A stretch of 36,920 bases of DNA, from the NCBI GenBank assembly GCA_963977445.1, contig CAXBPH010000038.1, positions 1 to 36,920 of the forward strand. The letters run 5' to 3'. The translations under genes and the position numbers were made by a program. Origin of the DNA: an uncultured bacterium (lineage in GTDB: Bacteria; Hydrogenedentota; Hydrogenedentia; Hydrogenedentales; JAEUWI01). Below the pieces are notes generated by a model that had not been told where the DNA came from, searched no databases, and was given only the letters and a program-made list of their open reading frames with translations. Shown piece after piece: positions 28,116 through 36,920 of this stretch (its first letter is position 1; each line of letters starts with the position of its first letter).

Positions 28116-29005
28116 TGCAAGAGGCCCTCTTCGAAAATGCCGAATCCGGTACGTCACTCTGGCAGGACGCCTGGCACCGGCTCCAGAAAAACAAACTGGC
28201 CATGTTGAGTGTATTCATCCTCCTTTTCGTCGTGTTGACCACGGTGACCGGGCCCTGGATCATCGACGCCACGCAGGGGTACAGCTATCGCGAAACGGAA
28301 ACCACCCTGGGCGCCTCCGCACCCTCCCCGGAACATTGGTTTGGCACGGACCAGCTGGGTCGCGATCTCTTGACCCGGACCCTCCACGGTGGCCGTATAT
28401 CCCTCCTGGTGGGGCTGGTGGCGACGTTTGTGTCCATGATTGTGGGCGTGACGTACGGCGCGATTGCGGGCTTTATCGGCGGGCGTACGGACCAGGTGAT
28501 GATGCGCGTCGTGGATGTGCTTTACGCCCTGCCCTTCGTAATTTTTGTGATTATCCTCATGGTGCTCTTCGGGCGAAATATCTATCTCCTCTTTCTCGCC
28601 ATCGGCGCGGTGGAATGGCTGACCATGGCCCGTATCGTGCGCAGCCAGGTGATTTCACTCCGCGAAAAAGAATTTATCGAAGCGACCCGGGTGATGGGCC
28701 TCCCCCGCTACCAGATCATCTTTCAGCACATTATCCCCAATACCCTTGGTCCCGTAATCGTCTATGTGACCCTTACGGTGCCCCAGGTGATGTTGTTGGA
28801 GGCTTTCCTGAGCTTTCTCGGCCTGGGCGTCCAGGCACCCATGAGCAGTTGGGGTGCTTTGATACAGGATGGCGTGGGCACCATGGAAGAATATCCCTGG
28901 ATGCTCCTCTTTCCCAGTCTGGCCCTGTCGGGCACCTTGTTTGCCCTGAATTTCCTGGGGGACGGCCTTCGGGATGCCCTCGACCCGAAAGCCTCAAAGG
29001 ATTGA
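28112..29005 (+). CDS. oppC: Oligopeptide ABC transporter permease
   Basis: SLWQDAW.RL.KNKLA, HWFGTDQLGRD, GGRISL, EAFLSFLGLG, NFLGDGLRDALDP; overlaps the oppB stop. Confidence 0.92.
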   Translation: MMQEALFENAESGTSLWQDAWHRLQKNKLAMLSVFILLFVVLTTVTGPWIIDATQGYSYRETETTLGASAPSPEHWFGTDQLGRDLLTRTLHGGRISLLVGLVATFVSMIVGVTYGAIAGFIGGRTDQVMMRVVDVLYALPFVIFVIILMVLFGRNIYLLFLAIGAVEWLTMARIVRSQVISLREKEFIEATRVMGLPRYQIIFQHIIPNTLGPVIVYVTLTVPQVMLLEAFLSFLGLGVQAPMSSWGALIQDGVGTMEEYPWMLLFPSLALSGTLFALNFLGDGLRDALDPKASKD

Positions 29006-29050
29006 TGACGTTGACCCAACCCATAACGCGCGCAAAGGAATGAGTCCAAC

Positions 29051-30058
29051 GTGTCCTTGCTCGAAGTAACTAATCTGCGCACCGCCTTCCACACCCGCGA
29101 CGGGGTGGTTCGTGCGGTGAATGGCGTCTCCTACACCGTGGCCCCCAGCGAAACCCTGGGCATCGTGGGCGAATCGGGTTCCGGCAAGTCCGTGTCTCAA
29201 TATTCCTTGCTGGGACTGCTGCCCACGCCGCCCGCGAAAGTGGAATCCGGTACGGCCCTCTTTGAAGGCACCGACCTGCTGCAAGCCTCCCCCGCCGAAC
29301 TCCGAAAGATCCGGGGCGGGCGCATTTCCATGATTTTCCAGGATCCCATGACGGCCCTCAACCCCTTTATGCGGGTGGGCAAGCAGCTCATGGAGCCCCT
29401 GCGCCTGCACAGTGATGTGCCCAAGGGGAAGGCCCGGGAAGAAGCCGCCAAGGCGCTCAAAGATGTCGGTATACAGGATGGCGAGGCCGCCCTGGATCGT
29501 TATCCCCATGAATTTTCCGGGGGCATGCGTCAGCGCATCATGATTGCCATGGCCCTCATTACCCGGCCGGCCCTGTTGATCGCCGACGAGCCCACAACGG
29601 CCCTTGACGTGACCGTGCAGGCCCAGATCCTGGCCCTCATCAAGCAGCGACAGGAAGAGCTCGGTATGGCCGTGGTCATGATTACCCACGATCTCGGGGT
29701 GATCGCGGCGACCTGCGACCGGGTGCTCGTCATGTATGGCGGGCAAATCGTGGAGTCGGCGACCCGTCCCGACCTCTTTCGTTCCCCGGCCCATCCCTAT
29801 ACCCATGCCCTCATGGCTTCCATGCCAGCCATGCACCATGAAGGGGAAGAACTCTATACCATTCCCGGCCTGCCCCCCGACATGACGCGGCCCCTGCCCG
29901 GGTGTGCCTTTGCGACCCGCTGTGCCCATGCGGAGGAGGCCTGCCACACGACGGCCCCTGCGCTCCAGGAATACGCGCCCGATCACGGCACGGCCTGCCT
30001 CCGGATACAGTCGGGCAGTCTGACGGTAGCCGGGCTGAATTCGGAGCTCCACGCATGA
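29051..30058 (+). CDS. oppD: Oligopeptide ABC transporter ATP-binding protein
   Basis: GESGSGKS, YPHEFSGGMRQR, ADEPTTALD, HPYT, C-terminal Cys cluster. Confidence 0.93.
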   Translation: MSLLEVTNLRTAFHTRDGVVRAVNGVSYTVAPSETLGIVGESGSGKSVSQYSLLGLLPTPPAKVESGTALFEGTDLLQASPAELRKIRGGRISMIFQDPMTALNPFMRVGKQLMEPLRLHSDVPKGKAREEAAKALKDVGIQDGEAALDRYPHEFSGGMRQRIMIAMALITRPALLIADEPTTALDVTVQAQILALIKQRQEELGMAVVMITHDLGVIAATCDRVLVMYGGQIVESATRPDLFRSPAHPYTHALMASMPAMHHEGEELYTIPGLPPDMTRPLPGCAFATRCAHAEEACHTTAPALQEYAPDHGTACLRIQSGSLTVAGLNSELHA

Positions 30059-31053
30059 ACGACTGTATCCTCCAGGTTGATGGACTGAAAACCCATTTTC
30101 CCATTCGAAAAGGAAGTTTTTTCCATCGCCACACCGAATGGTTGAAGGCCGTGGATGGCGTGAGCCTTTCCCTCCGCGAAGGCGAAATTCTCGGCCTGGT
30201 CGGCGAGTCGGGTTGTGGCAAGTCCACCCTGGCCCGGACCATCATGCGCCTCCTCCCCATCAAGGCGGGGGTGGTCCAATTCAATGGCAAGAATCTCACC
30301 ACCTACGAGCGGGAAGAATTGCGCCGGGTGCGACCCGAGTTCCAGATGATATTTCAGGACCCCTATGCGTCACTGAACCCCCGAAAGACGGTCTACGATA
30401 CCCTGGCCGAGCCCATGCTTACCCACGGCATCGTGACGCGTGAACATGTTGCGGCCGAAGTGGGTCGGCTCATGGAAACGGTGGGCCTTGCGAAGCGTTA
30501 TGTGCGCAAGTATCCCCACGAGTTTTCCGGTGGACAGCGTCAGCGTATTGCTATCGCCCGGGCACTGGCGCTCAAGCCCCGCCTAATTATTGCGGACGAA
30601 CCCGTGTCTGCCCTCGATGTGTCGGTGCAGGCGCAGATTCTCAACCTGCTGCGCAATCTCTGCAAAGAAGAGCAGCTGGCCATGATTCTCATCTCCCACG
30701 ATTTGTCGGTGGTGCGCCATATGGTCCATCGCATCGCGGTCATGTATCTGGGAAAAATTGTCGAACAGGGCACGGCCTCGTCCGTCTTTGAGAATCCGAG
30801 CCACCCCTACACCCGGGCCCTCCTGGCGGCCATTTTGCGCCCCACGCCCGATGCGGCGGCCACCCTGTCTGACCTGATGCTCAAAGGGGATCCCCCCTCA
30901 CCCGTGAATCCCCCGGCGGGCTGTGCCTTCCATCCACGGTGTCCCTGGGCGAAACCGGAATGTGCCGCCACCACCCCGCCCCTGATCCCCTGTGGGGAAG
31001 GTCACGAGGCGGCCTGCATTCGGATAGACGAAATCGACCTGGAGCCCAAATAG
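30055..31053 (+). CDS. oppF: Oligopeptide ABC transporter ATP-binding protein
   Basis: GESGCGKST, FQDPYASLNPR, SGGQRQR, DEPVSALD, GCAFHPRC. True start at ATG 30055 (ATGA overlap with oppD). Confidence 0.93.
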   Translation: MNDCILQVDGLKTHFPIRKGSFFHRHTEWLKAVDGVSLSLREGEILGLVGESGCGKSTLARTIMRLLPIKAGVVQFNGKNLTTYEREELRRVRPEFQMIFQDPYASLNPRKTVYDTLAEPMLTHGIVTREHVAAEVGRLMETVGLAKRYVRKYPHEFSGGQRQRIAIARALALKPRLIIADEPVSALDVSVQAQILNLLRNLCKEEQLAMILISHDLSVVRHMVHRIAVMYLGKIVEQGTASSVFENPSHPYTRALLAAILRPTPDAAATLSDLMLKGDPPSPVNPPAGCAFHPRCPWAKPECAATTPPLIPCGEGHEAACIRIDEIDLEPK

Positions 31054-31149
31054 GACTGGACAATTTCCGGATTCGGGGGCATACTGAATACGGAGCCGCA
31101 GATGGTGTCTGTGCCCAACGCTGTGTCTGATGACCGAAAGGAGGTCGTT

Positions 31150-31593
31150 ATGGCACCGCAACCTTTTATCTATTTCCTGAAGTGGGTCGCCCACTATCAC
31201 AAGGCCCTTCAGATGTACTACGAACGGGCCAGTCATCAACGACACAATCCCGAGGTGAATGCCCTGCTTGCCTATCTGGGGCAGCACGAGGGGACGCTGG
31301 CGCACATCATTGAGTCCTACGAATACGATGCGCCCCGTTCCCTGCTCAATGCCTGGTTCAAGATCTCTCCGGTACTCGTTCATATTCGGGAGCCAGAGAG
31401 CATGCATTTTGACGCGGACACGAGCGTTTCCGAAGTAATCGATCAGGTCTTGAAAATAGACGATGGCCTGATCGCGGTCTACAAGATGCTCCTGCGCCAG
31501 GCCAATTCCGAGGAACTTCGGGAGGCCCTGGAAAACCTCATCAACGAAGAACAGCGGGAAGAGATGCGCCTGATGGCCTGCGAGCAGCTGTAG
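31150..31593 (+). CDS. Ferritin-like four-helix-bundle hypothetical protein
   Basis: AAGGAGG RBS before ATG 31150; duplicated helical pattern (YYER...LLAYL..HE / VYK.L...ALENL..EE). Confidence 0.65.
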   Translation: MAPQPFIYFLKWVAHYHKALQMYYERASHQRHNPEVNALLAYLGQHEGTLAHIIESYEYDAPRSLLNAWFKISPVLVHIREPESMHFDADTSVSEVIDQVLKIDDGLIAVYKMLLRQANSEELREALENLINEEQREEMRLMACEQL

Positions 31594-31631
31594 CCGGTTT
31601 TCTGCGACCATTCCCATGATAGACTGGGACC

Positions 31632-32360
31632 ATGACGACGTCGTGGCGAAATAAATGGCTCTCCTGGCTGGTGCACGCCTACACGGCCAGCGGTGGCCTT
31701 CTGGGCTTTTTGGCGCTGATTGCCATTGCCAATGGGGCCTCCCATGAGGCCCTGTTGCTGTTGATGGGGGCCTTTTTCATTGACGTTACCGATGGACTGC
31801 TGGCCCGTTGGGTTGAGGTCCGGGAACATCTGCCTGGTTTCAGTGGTGCCCAGGTGGACGACGCAATGGACGTCTTGACCTACATCTATGCCCCGCTGTT
31901 CTTAATCGTCCACGACGGGCTCCTGCCCCACCCGCTTTGGGCCATTGGCCCGTTATTGGCGGGGCTCTACGCCTATGGTCAGCGCGATATGAAAACGGAG
32001 GACCATTACTTCCTTGGTTTCCCCTCCTACTGGAATGTGGTGGCCCTCTATCTCTTCTGGCTGCGGCCCGGGCCCACAGGAGCGGTCCTCGTGGTGCTCG
32101 TGCCCACGGTGCTGACCTTCATACCGACCCGCTATCTGTACCCCAGCTGCAACGCCTTCTTGTGGAAGACGAACTTTGCCCTGGGTGGTGTCTGGCTAAT
32201 CCTGGTGGTAGCTTTACTGCTGCAGGCAGACCCGCCACGGTCCCTGGTGCTGCTGAGTCTGGTCTACCCCATGCTCTATCTGCTGCTGAGCTTCTACGCC
32301 GAATGGCGCTATCGCACGGCGCGACTGGTTGACCCTGTAGCCCGCGATGTCAGCCCGTGA
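31632..32360 (+). CDS. pcs: CDP-alcohol phosphatidyltransferase, phosphatidylcholine synthase-like
   Basis: VHAYTASG, DVTDGLLAR...G..VDDAMD (CDP-AP motif), KTEDHYFLGFPSYWN, TFIPTRYLYP. Confidence 0.8.
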   Translation: MTTSWRNKWLSWLVHAYTASGGLLGFLALIAIANGASHEALLLLMGAFFIDVTDGLLARWVEVREHLPGFSGAQVDDAMDVLTYIYAPLFLIVHDGLLPHPLWAIGPLLAGLYAYGQRDMKTEDHYFLGFPSYWNVVALYLFWLRPGPTGAVLVVLVPTVLTFIPTRYLYPSCNAFLWKTNFALGGVWLILVVALLLQADPPRSLVLLSLVYPMLYLLLSFYAEWRYRTARLVDPVARDVSP

Positions 32361-33081
32361 GCCCCTTGAGCACCATGCGACCCGCCAGAATGGTGATGAG
32401 CACCTTGTAGAGCATGACGAATACCTTTTCGGAGACCTTGCCCAGGAGGAGTTTGCCCCACGCTGTTCCCAGGGTTACGGCGATGACCATGGCGGTGAAA
32501 AGGGCTGCGTATTCGGCGAGCTGAAACCCGATGAGGCTGAAGACCCCTACTTTCAATACGTGGGTGACAAATTGGCCCCCGGCCTTGGTGGCAATGATAT
32601 TTTCTTTCGTCAGGTTTTCTTTCAGAAAAAAGGGCGCGAGCAAGGGGCCCGTGGCACCGATGACCAGCGATAGGGCGGTGGAAATCCCGCCAAGCCAGAA
32701 AAACTTCCCCGGAATGGCCGGAACGGATTTGAACTTGGGGAGCCAGGTCATCAGGAGAATGAATAGGCCCATGGTGACCTGATAGCCCGTTTCGGGCAAC
32801 GAAAGAACCACCTGAGACCCCACCACCACGCCAACGATGCTGCCCAGGGTCATGGGCACCAGGATAGCCCACGTGCCGTGCCGCCAGTTCATGGCAAACC
32901 GTACACCATTGCTCACCAGCTGGACGGCCCCATGAAGGGGAATCAGCACGGCCGGTGGGAAATAGGCGGCCATGATGGTGAGCAGCAGAATCCCGCCGCC
33001 CATACCGAGAAATCCGGACAAGGTGGCCGTGAGAAAAGCGGCTATAACCAGAAGTATAAACTGAGAATCCATAAGCTCCAT
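32350..33081 (-). CDS. TauE/SafE (TSUP) family membrane transporter
   Basis: LSGFLGMGGGILL...IPLHGAVQLVSN...IGATGPL; multi-TM. The extra N-terminal 73 aa in the ORF track come from a repeat. Confidence 0.88.
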   Translation of the reverse strand: MELMDSQFILLVIAAFLTATLSGFLGMGGGILLLTIMAAYFPPAVLIPLHGAVQLVSNGVRFAMNWRHGTWAILVPMTLGSIVGVVVGSQVVLSLPETGYQVTMGLFILLMTWLPKFKSVPAIPGKFFWLGGISTALSLVIGATGPLLAPFFLKENLTKENIIATKAGGQFVTHVLKVGVFSLIGFQLAEYAALFTAMVIAVTLGTAWGKLLLGKVSEKVFVMLYKVLITILAGRMVLKGLTG

Positions 33082-33113
33082 TGAGGTATCCCGGGCGCCA
33101 GTATACGTGCTAA

Positions 33114-33364
33114 GGGACGTCCCGCCGCAAGCGAAACGGTCGAAGGGGAAAGTATCCCCGGGCCAGCCACAGCGTGTTGGGCATGGGCATGGGGCTAGGG
33201 GTGGCGGCATGTCCCAGCGGCGTATTTGCATGCTGTGGATTCCGCCATTTCGGCCCACGGGGACAGGCGCACGCCCCGAGCCGCTTTGCGTTGAGTCCAT
33301 TGGCCGTTTTTGTCCCGCCGTGAACTTCCATAACCCACGACGTGTTTGCGCGCGCCCGTCCCGA
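33114..33364. repeat. ~250-bp MITE-like repeat, copy 1
   Basis: Direct repeat of 34061-34310 (5 mismatches in the first 107 bp); ends GGGACG...CGTCCCGA. Confidence 0.85.
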
Positions 33365-33479
33365 CGGGACCGCAGGCCGTGAGTTCAAAGTAAACCAATC
33401 TCGTGTATAATTGCAGGGTATGGAATGCTGTCGCATTCAGAATATTGTCCATTGGATATATTTTTGAGAGGAGCTCTCC

Positions 33480-33743
33480 ATGAATATTTCACTACCCCAC
33501 GCGCTTGAGCGGTTTGTGCGGGAGCAGGTCGAGTCCGGTCTGTATGAATCCAGTAGCGAAGTTCATCGTGAAGCCTTGCGCCTTCTGATGGCGAAACAAG
33601 GTCACGAAATGAAGCGTGATGACCTGCGTGTGGCGATTGATATCGGGATTGAACAGGCCGACCGGGGTGAGTCCAAAGCCTGCACGCCGAATGACATTAT
33701 TCGGCTTTCCGAAGCACGTAGGAGTGGCGTGGCGGGCCAATGA
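33480..33743 (+). CDS. parD: ParD-like ribbon-helix-helix antitoxin (CC2985-type)
   Basis: MNISL...FVREQVESGLYESSSEV.REALRLL...I..GIEQADRG; GAGGAG RBS. Confidence 0.9.
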   Translation: MNISLPHALERFVREQVESGLYESSSEVHREALRLLMAKQGHEMKRDDLRVAIDIGIEQADRGESKACTPNDIIRLSEARRSGVAGQ

Positions 33744-34033
33744 ATGAGTCCTTGTTTACGCCTGCTGCAATGCATGATCTTGCGGATATCTTCGAGTACA
33801 TCGCGAGGGATAACGAGCCAGCAGCATTAAAAACATTGGAGCGTCTGTTTCACAATGCCGAATTGTTGGCCGAATCTCCCGAACTCGGACGTAGGCGTGA
33901 CGAAGATTTGCGAGACGGCGTGAGGAGCTTTCCCGTAGGCAACTACACGTTGTTTTACAGGATATCCGGTGGTGGCATAGAAATACTACGCGTACTCCAA
34001 GGTTCACGCGATTTGCCACCGCTGTTTGAGTAG
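33740..34033 (+). CDS. parE: ParE-family toxin
   Basis: TPAAMHDLADIFEYIARDN..AA...P.LGRRR...VRSFPVGNY.LFYR...EILRVLQGSRDL; ATGA overlap with parD. Confidence 0.92.
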   Translation: MNESLFTPAAMHDLADIFEYIARDNEPAALKTLERLFHNAELLAESPELGRRRDEDLRDGVRSFPVGNYTLFYRISGGGIEILRVLQGSRDLPPLFE

Positions 34034-34060
34034 AGTCAGCTATCTCGGGGACATGCTTTC

Positions 34061-34310
34061 GGGACGTCCCGCCGCAATCGTGACGGTCGAAGGGGAAAGT
34101 ATCCCCGGGCCATCCACAGCGTGTTGGGCATGGGCATGGGGCTAGGGGCGGCGGCATGTCCCAGCGGTGTCACGGGTGGCGCGTGGTCCGCCATTTTGGC
34201 CCATAGGGACAGGCGCACGCCCCGGACAGCTTTGCGCTGGATCCATTGGGTGATTTCGCCGCACCGTGAAATTCCATTACCCACGACGTGTTTGCGCGCG
34301 TCCGTCCCGA
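34061..34310. repeat. ~250-bp MITE-like repeat, copy 2
   Basis: Direct repeat of 33114-33364; 8-bp terminal inverted repeat TCGGGACG (34059-34066) / CGTCCCGA (34303-34310). Confidence 0.85.
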
Positions 34311-34399
34311 ATTTTTTCTTGTTCGCGCCTATGGCAATGCCGTAGCATGTCCAACTCTGTCTTAAAGCGTCACTTAACCTCCATCCACAGGAGCCTACG

Positions 34400-35515
34400 A
34401 TGAAAAAAATGCTTGCCACCCTGGCCGCAACCACGGTATGTGCCCTTAGCAGCGTTCACGCCGATGTATCACTCGACAAAATTAAACTCCCGGATGGGTT
34501 CTCCATCAGCGTTTACGCTGAGGGCGTGCCTGGTGCCCGGACCATCGCCGTGGGGGATAAGGGAACCCTCTTCGTGGGGACCCGTAATCCTGGTGTCGTC
34601 CATGCTCTCGTCGACACCGACGGGGACAACAAGACGGACAAGGCCTATATCGTGGCCGAAGGGCTGGACACGCCCAATGGCGTTGCCTTCCATGACGGGG
34701 CCCTCTATGTGGGCGCCATCAACCGGATTCTTCGTTACGACGACATTGAAAACCATCTCGATAGCCCGCCCGAAGCCGTCGTGGTGACCGATGCTCTGCC
34801 CACCGAAGCCGCCCATGGATCGAAGTACCTCGCCTTTGGTCCCGATGAACGAATCTACTTTGGTATTGGCGCGCCGTGCGACCATTGCGATCCCACGGTG
34901 GACTACCAGGACGATCGCCTGGGCACGATTACGTCCATGAAGCTGGATGGATCAGACATTAAACCCTATGTAAGCGGCGTGCGCAATTCGGTGGGGCTGG
35001 CCTGGCACCCGAAGAACGACACCCTCTATTTCACTGACAATGGCCGCGATGGTTTGGGTGACGATTCCCCCGATTGCGAACTGAACCGCGTCACCGAGCC
35101 GGGCTCGCACTTTGGTAATCCCTACATTCACGCCGGTGATGTTGTCGACCCCGAGCACGGCGCCGGAAAGAATCCCGACGACTACGTGAAGCCCATCCAG
35201 AATGTGGGACCCCACGCGACCCCGATGGGCCTTGCGTTTTACACGGGAAGCCAGTTTCCGAAGGAATATAAGAACAATCTCTTTGTTACCCTGAAGGGCT
35301 CTTCCAACCGCACGATTAAAATCGGGTATTGCATCAAGCGTGTGGTGCTGGACAAAAAAGGCAACGTGGCGTCCTTCGAAGATTTCGCCACGGGCTGGGC
35401 TTATAAGGGTGAATCGCTGGGTCGCCCCGTCGATGTGAAGGTGGCCCTCGATGGCAGCCTGCTCATGTCCGATGAACAGTCGGGTGTGGTATATCGCATC
35501 GCCTATACCGGCTAA
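34400..35515 (+). CDS. Secreted PQQ-dependent sugar/sorbosone dehydrogenase-family beta-propeller
   Basis: Signal peptide, KLPDGFSISVYA, PNGVAF, GAPCD, GVRNSVG, TDNGRD, PHATPMGL.FY, GRPVDV, SDE...YRI; AGGAG RBS. Confidence 0.9.
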   Translation: MKKMLATLAATTVCALSSVHADVSLDKIKLPDGFSISVYAEGVPGARTIAVGDKGTLFVGTRNPGVVHALVDTDGDNKTDKAYIVAEGLDTPNGVAFHDGALYVGAINRILRYDDIENHLDSPPEAVVVTDALPTEAAHGSKYLAFGPDERIYFGIGAPCDHCDPTVDYQDDRLGTITSMKLDGSDIKPYVSGVRNSVGLAWHPKNDTLYFTDNGRDGLGDDSPDCELNRVTEPGSHFGNPYIHAGDVVDPEHGAGKNPDDYVKPIQNVGPHATPMGLAFYTGSQFPKEYKNNLFVTLKGSSNRTIKIGYCIKRVVLDKKGNVASFEDFATGWAYKGESLGRPVDVKVALDGSLLMSDEQSGVVYRIAYTG

Positions 35516-35538
35516 GCGTCTATCAATAGTCCTCTCAG

Positions 35539-35571
35539 AGGCGGCATGTCATGGCGACATGCCGCCTTTTT
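35539..35571 (+). terminator. Rho-independent terminator
   Basis: 12-bp stem AGGCGGCATGTC/GACATGCCGCCT followed by a T tract. Confidence 0.88.
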
Positions 35572-35578
35572 AATGTAT

Positions 35579-36017
35579 GTGGGACTGTCTCAGCCTGACG
35601 GCGGTCGGTTGTGGGGATGCGTTTGGGCCAGCGAAAGATATTTGGTGCGGCGGGGCGGATTCAGACGGCTGTGACTGTCCTGTTGTTTGCGCGGTGTACT
35701 GGTTTTTCACTGTCCGCGCCGTGGTTTGCTTCGACAACGACGGGACGGTCACACCGGTCTTCGTGGGTATGGCTGGGCCGGGGCTTGTGTCATGGATTGT
35801 GGACGAAGTTGTTACCGACATGGCGTGGTGAGACAGTCCCACGGCTGTGATTGTCCCGTAGTTTGCGCGGCTAACTCGGTTTTTCGTTGTTCGCGCCGTG
35901 GTTTGCTTCGACAACGACGGGACAGCCACACCGGTCTTCGTGTGTGTAGCTGGGTTGGTTCGGCGATGTCGACGTGCAGGCCGCAATACTACCACCATGG
36001 AGCGGTGAGGCAGTCCC
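35579..36017. repeat. Tandem ~176-bp duplication with a 14-bp inverted repeat
   Basis: Units 35665-35840 and 35841-36017 share CGCGCCGTGGTTTGCTTCGACAACGACGGGAC and CACACCGGTCTTCGTG. GTGGGACTGTCTCA (35579-35592) is the exact inverse of 35829-35842. Confidence 0.8.
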
Positions 36018-36111
36018 CTATGAAGGCTTTTCTTGTTCCTGAATCGGCCCATGCCGTAGCATGAATGGAACACCTTATGGATTCTACCTATTCCAATTAC
36101 AGGAGACTGTC

Positions 36112-36920
36112 ATGAAATACACAACGCGCACCCTGATGATGGCAATTGCCGGGCTATCCGCCGCGCTCACGGCGACGGCGGCCGATTTGCCCCTGGAAAA
36201 AATCAAACTGCCCGAGGGCTTCACCATCAGCATCTACGCCGATAATGTGTCGGGCGCGCGCTCCATGGCCTTAAGCGAATCTGGTGTACTCTTTGTGGGT
36301 TCCCAGCAGCCGGGAAAGGTGCACGCCCTCATTGATACCGATGGCGACAACAAGGTCGACAAGGTTCACGTGATCGCAGAAGGTTTGTGGTGGCCCAATG
36401 GCGTCGCGCTGAAAGATGGCGATCTCTACGTAGCGGAGATCAATCGTATCCTGCGTTACGATGATATTGAGAATCATCTCGATGCCCCGCCCGAACCGGT
36501 CGTCGTGATTGATAATCTGCCCAAAGAACAAATGCACGGCTGGAAGTACCTGGACTTCGGGCCGGACGGCAAGCTCTATTTTGGCATTGGCGCGCCGTGC
36601 AACGATTGCGACGGTGTGGTGGACAACAATGACGAACGTTTTTCCACCATCATGCGTGCGAATGCCGATGGCACCGAACTTGAACCCTATGTTCACGGCG
36701 TCCGAAACACGGTAGGCATTACGTGGCACCCGGAGAACAAGGATCTGTATTTTACCGACAATGGCCGCGATCTGATGGGTGATGATGTGCCCGATTGCGA
36801 ACTGAACCGGGTCACCGAGATGGGGCAGCACTTCGGCTATCCCTATATTCACAGTGGCGATGTGCCGGATCCGAAACACGGTGAAGGCAAGAACCCGGAG
36901 GACTACGTGAAGCCCATTCA
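36112..36920 (+). CDS. Second PQQ sugar/sorbosone dehydrogenase paralog (truncated by the window edge)
   Basis: AGGAG RBS, ATG 36112, MKYTTR...ADLPLEKIKLPEGFTISIYA...GAPCN...GVRNTVG...TDNGRD. Open to the window end; absent from the ORF track. Confidence 0.9.
   Translation, partial: MKYTTRTLMMAIAGLSAALTATAADLPLEKIKLPEGFTISIYADNVSGARSMALSESGVLFVGSQQPGKVHALIDTDGDNKVDKVHVIAEGLWWPNGVALKDGDLYVAEINRILRYDDIENHLDAPPEPVVVIDNLPKEQMHGWKYLDFGPDGKLYFGIGAPCNDCDGVVDNNDERFSTIMRANADGTELEPYVHGVRNTVGITWHPENKDLYFTDNGRDLMGDDVPDCELNRVTEMGQHFGYPYIHSGDVPDPKHGEGKNPEDYVKPI

Noticed and set aside
33082..33452. tauE N-terminal extension and Cys/Pro-rich ORFs (MPPPLAPCPCPTRCG, also at 33756-34157)
   Set aside because: Translations of the 250-bp repeat; the longest frame is shifted between the two copies and no RBS is evident.
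35570..36073. ORFs with internal peptide repeats on both strands
   Set aside because: Products of the 176-bp DNA duplication; no coding signals.

Overview
A 36.9-kb bacterial chromosomal segment with a GC-rich coding background. It appears to contain the replication origin: a dense DnaA-box/IHF/AT-rich region directly upstream of dnaN and a second box cluster downstream, but no dnaA, recF or gyrB beside dnaN (the neighbours are a PilB/GspE ATPase and cheX). Other genes: a lipoprotein, an anchored amidohydrolase, a sulfatase, a DUF2339-like membrane protein, higBA and parDE toxin-antitoxin pairs, an archaeal-type argS, a Tat-exported putative glycosidase, a 58-aa orphan peptide, a parvulin PPIase, pilC/gspF, a ~1630-aa thioester (alpha-2-macroglobulin/complement-like) protein, oppBCDF without oppA, a ferritin-like protein, a pcs-like gene, tauE and two tandem PQQ sugar-dehydrogenase paralogs. 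Best leads: (1) the thioester protein has a GspG-pseudopilin-like module in its bait region and a His at the complement C3/C4B catalytic position; (2) a dnaA-less origin with boxes on both sides of dnaN; (3) parDE bracketed by two ~250-bp direct repeats; (4) a REP/REPIN-like hairpin family with visible covariation. All calls come from reading motifs by eye; no searches were run.
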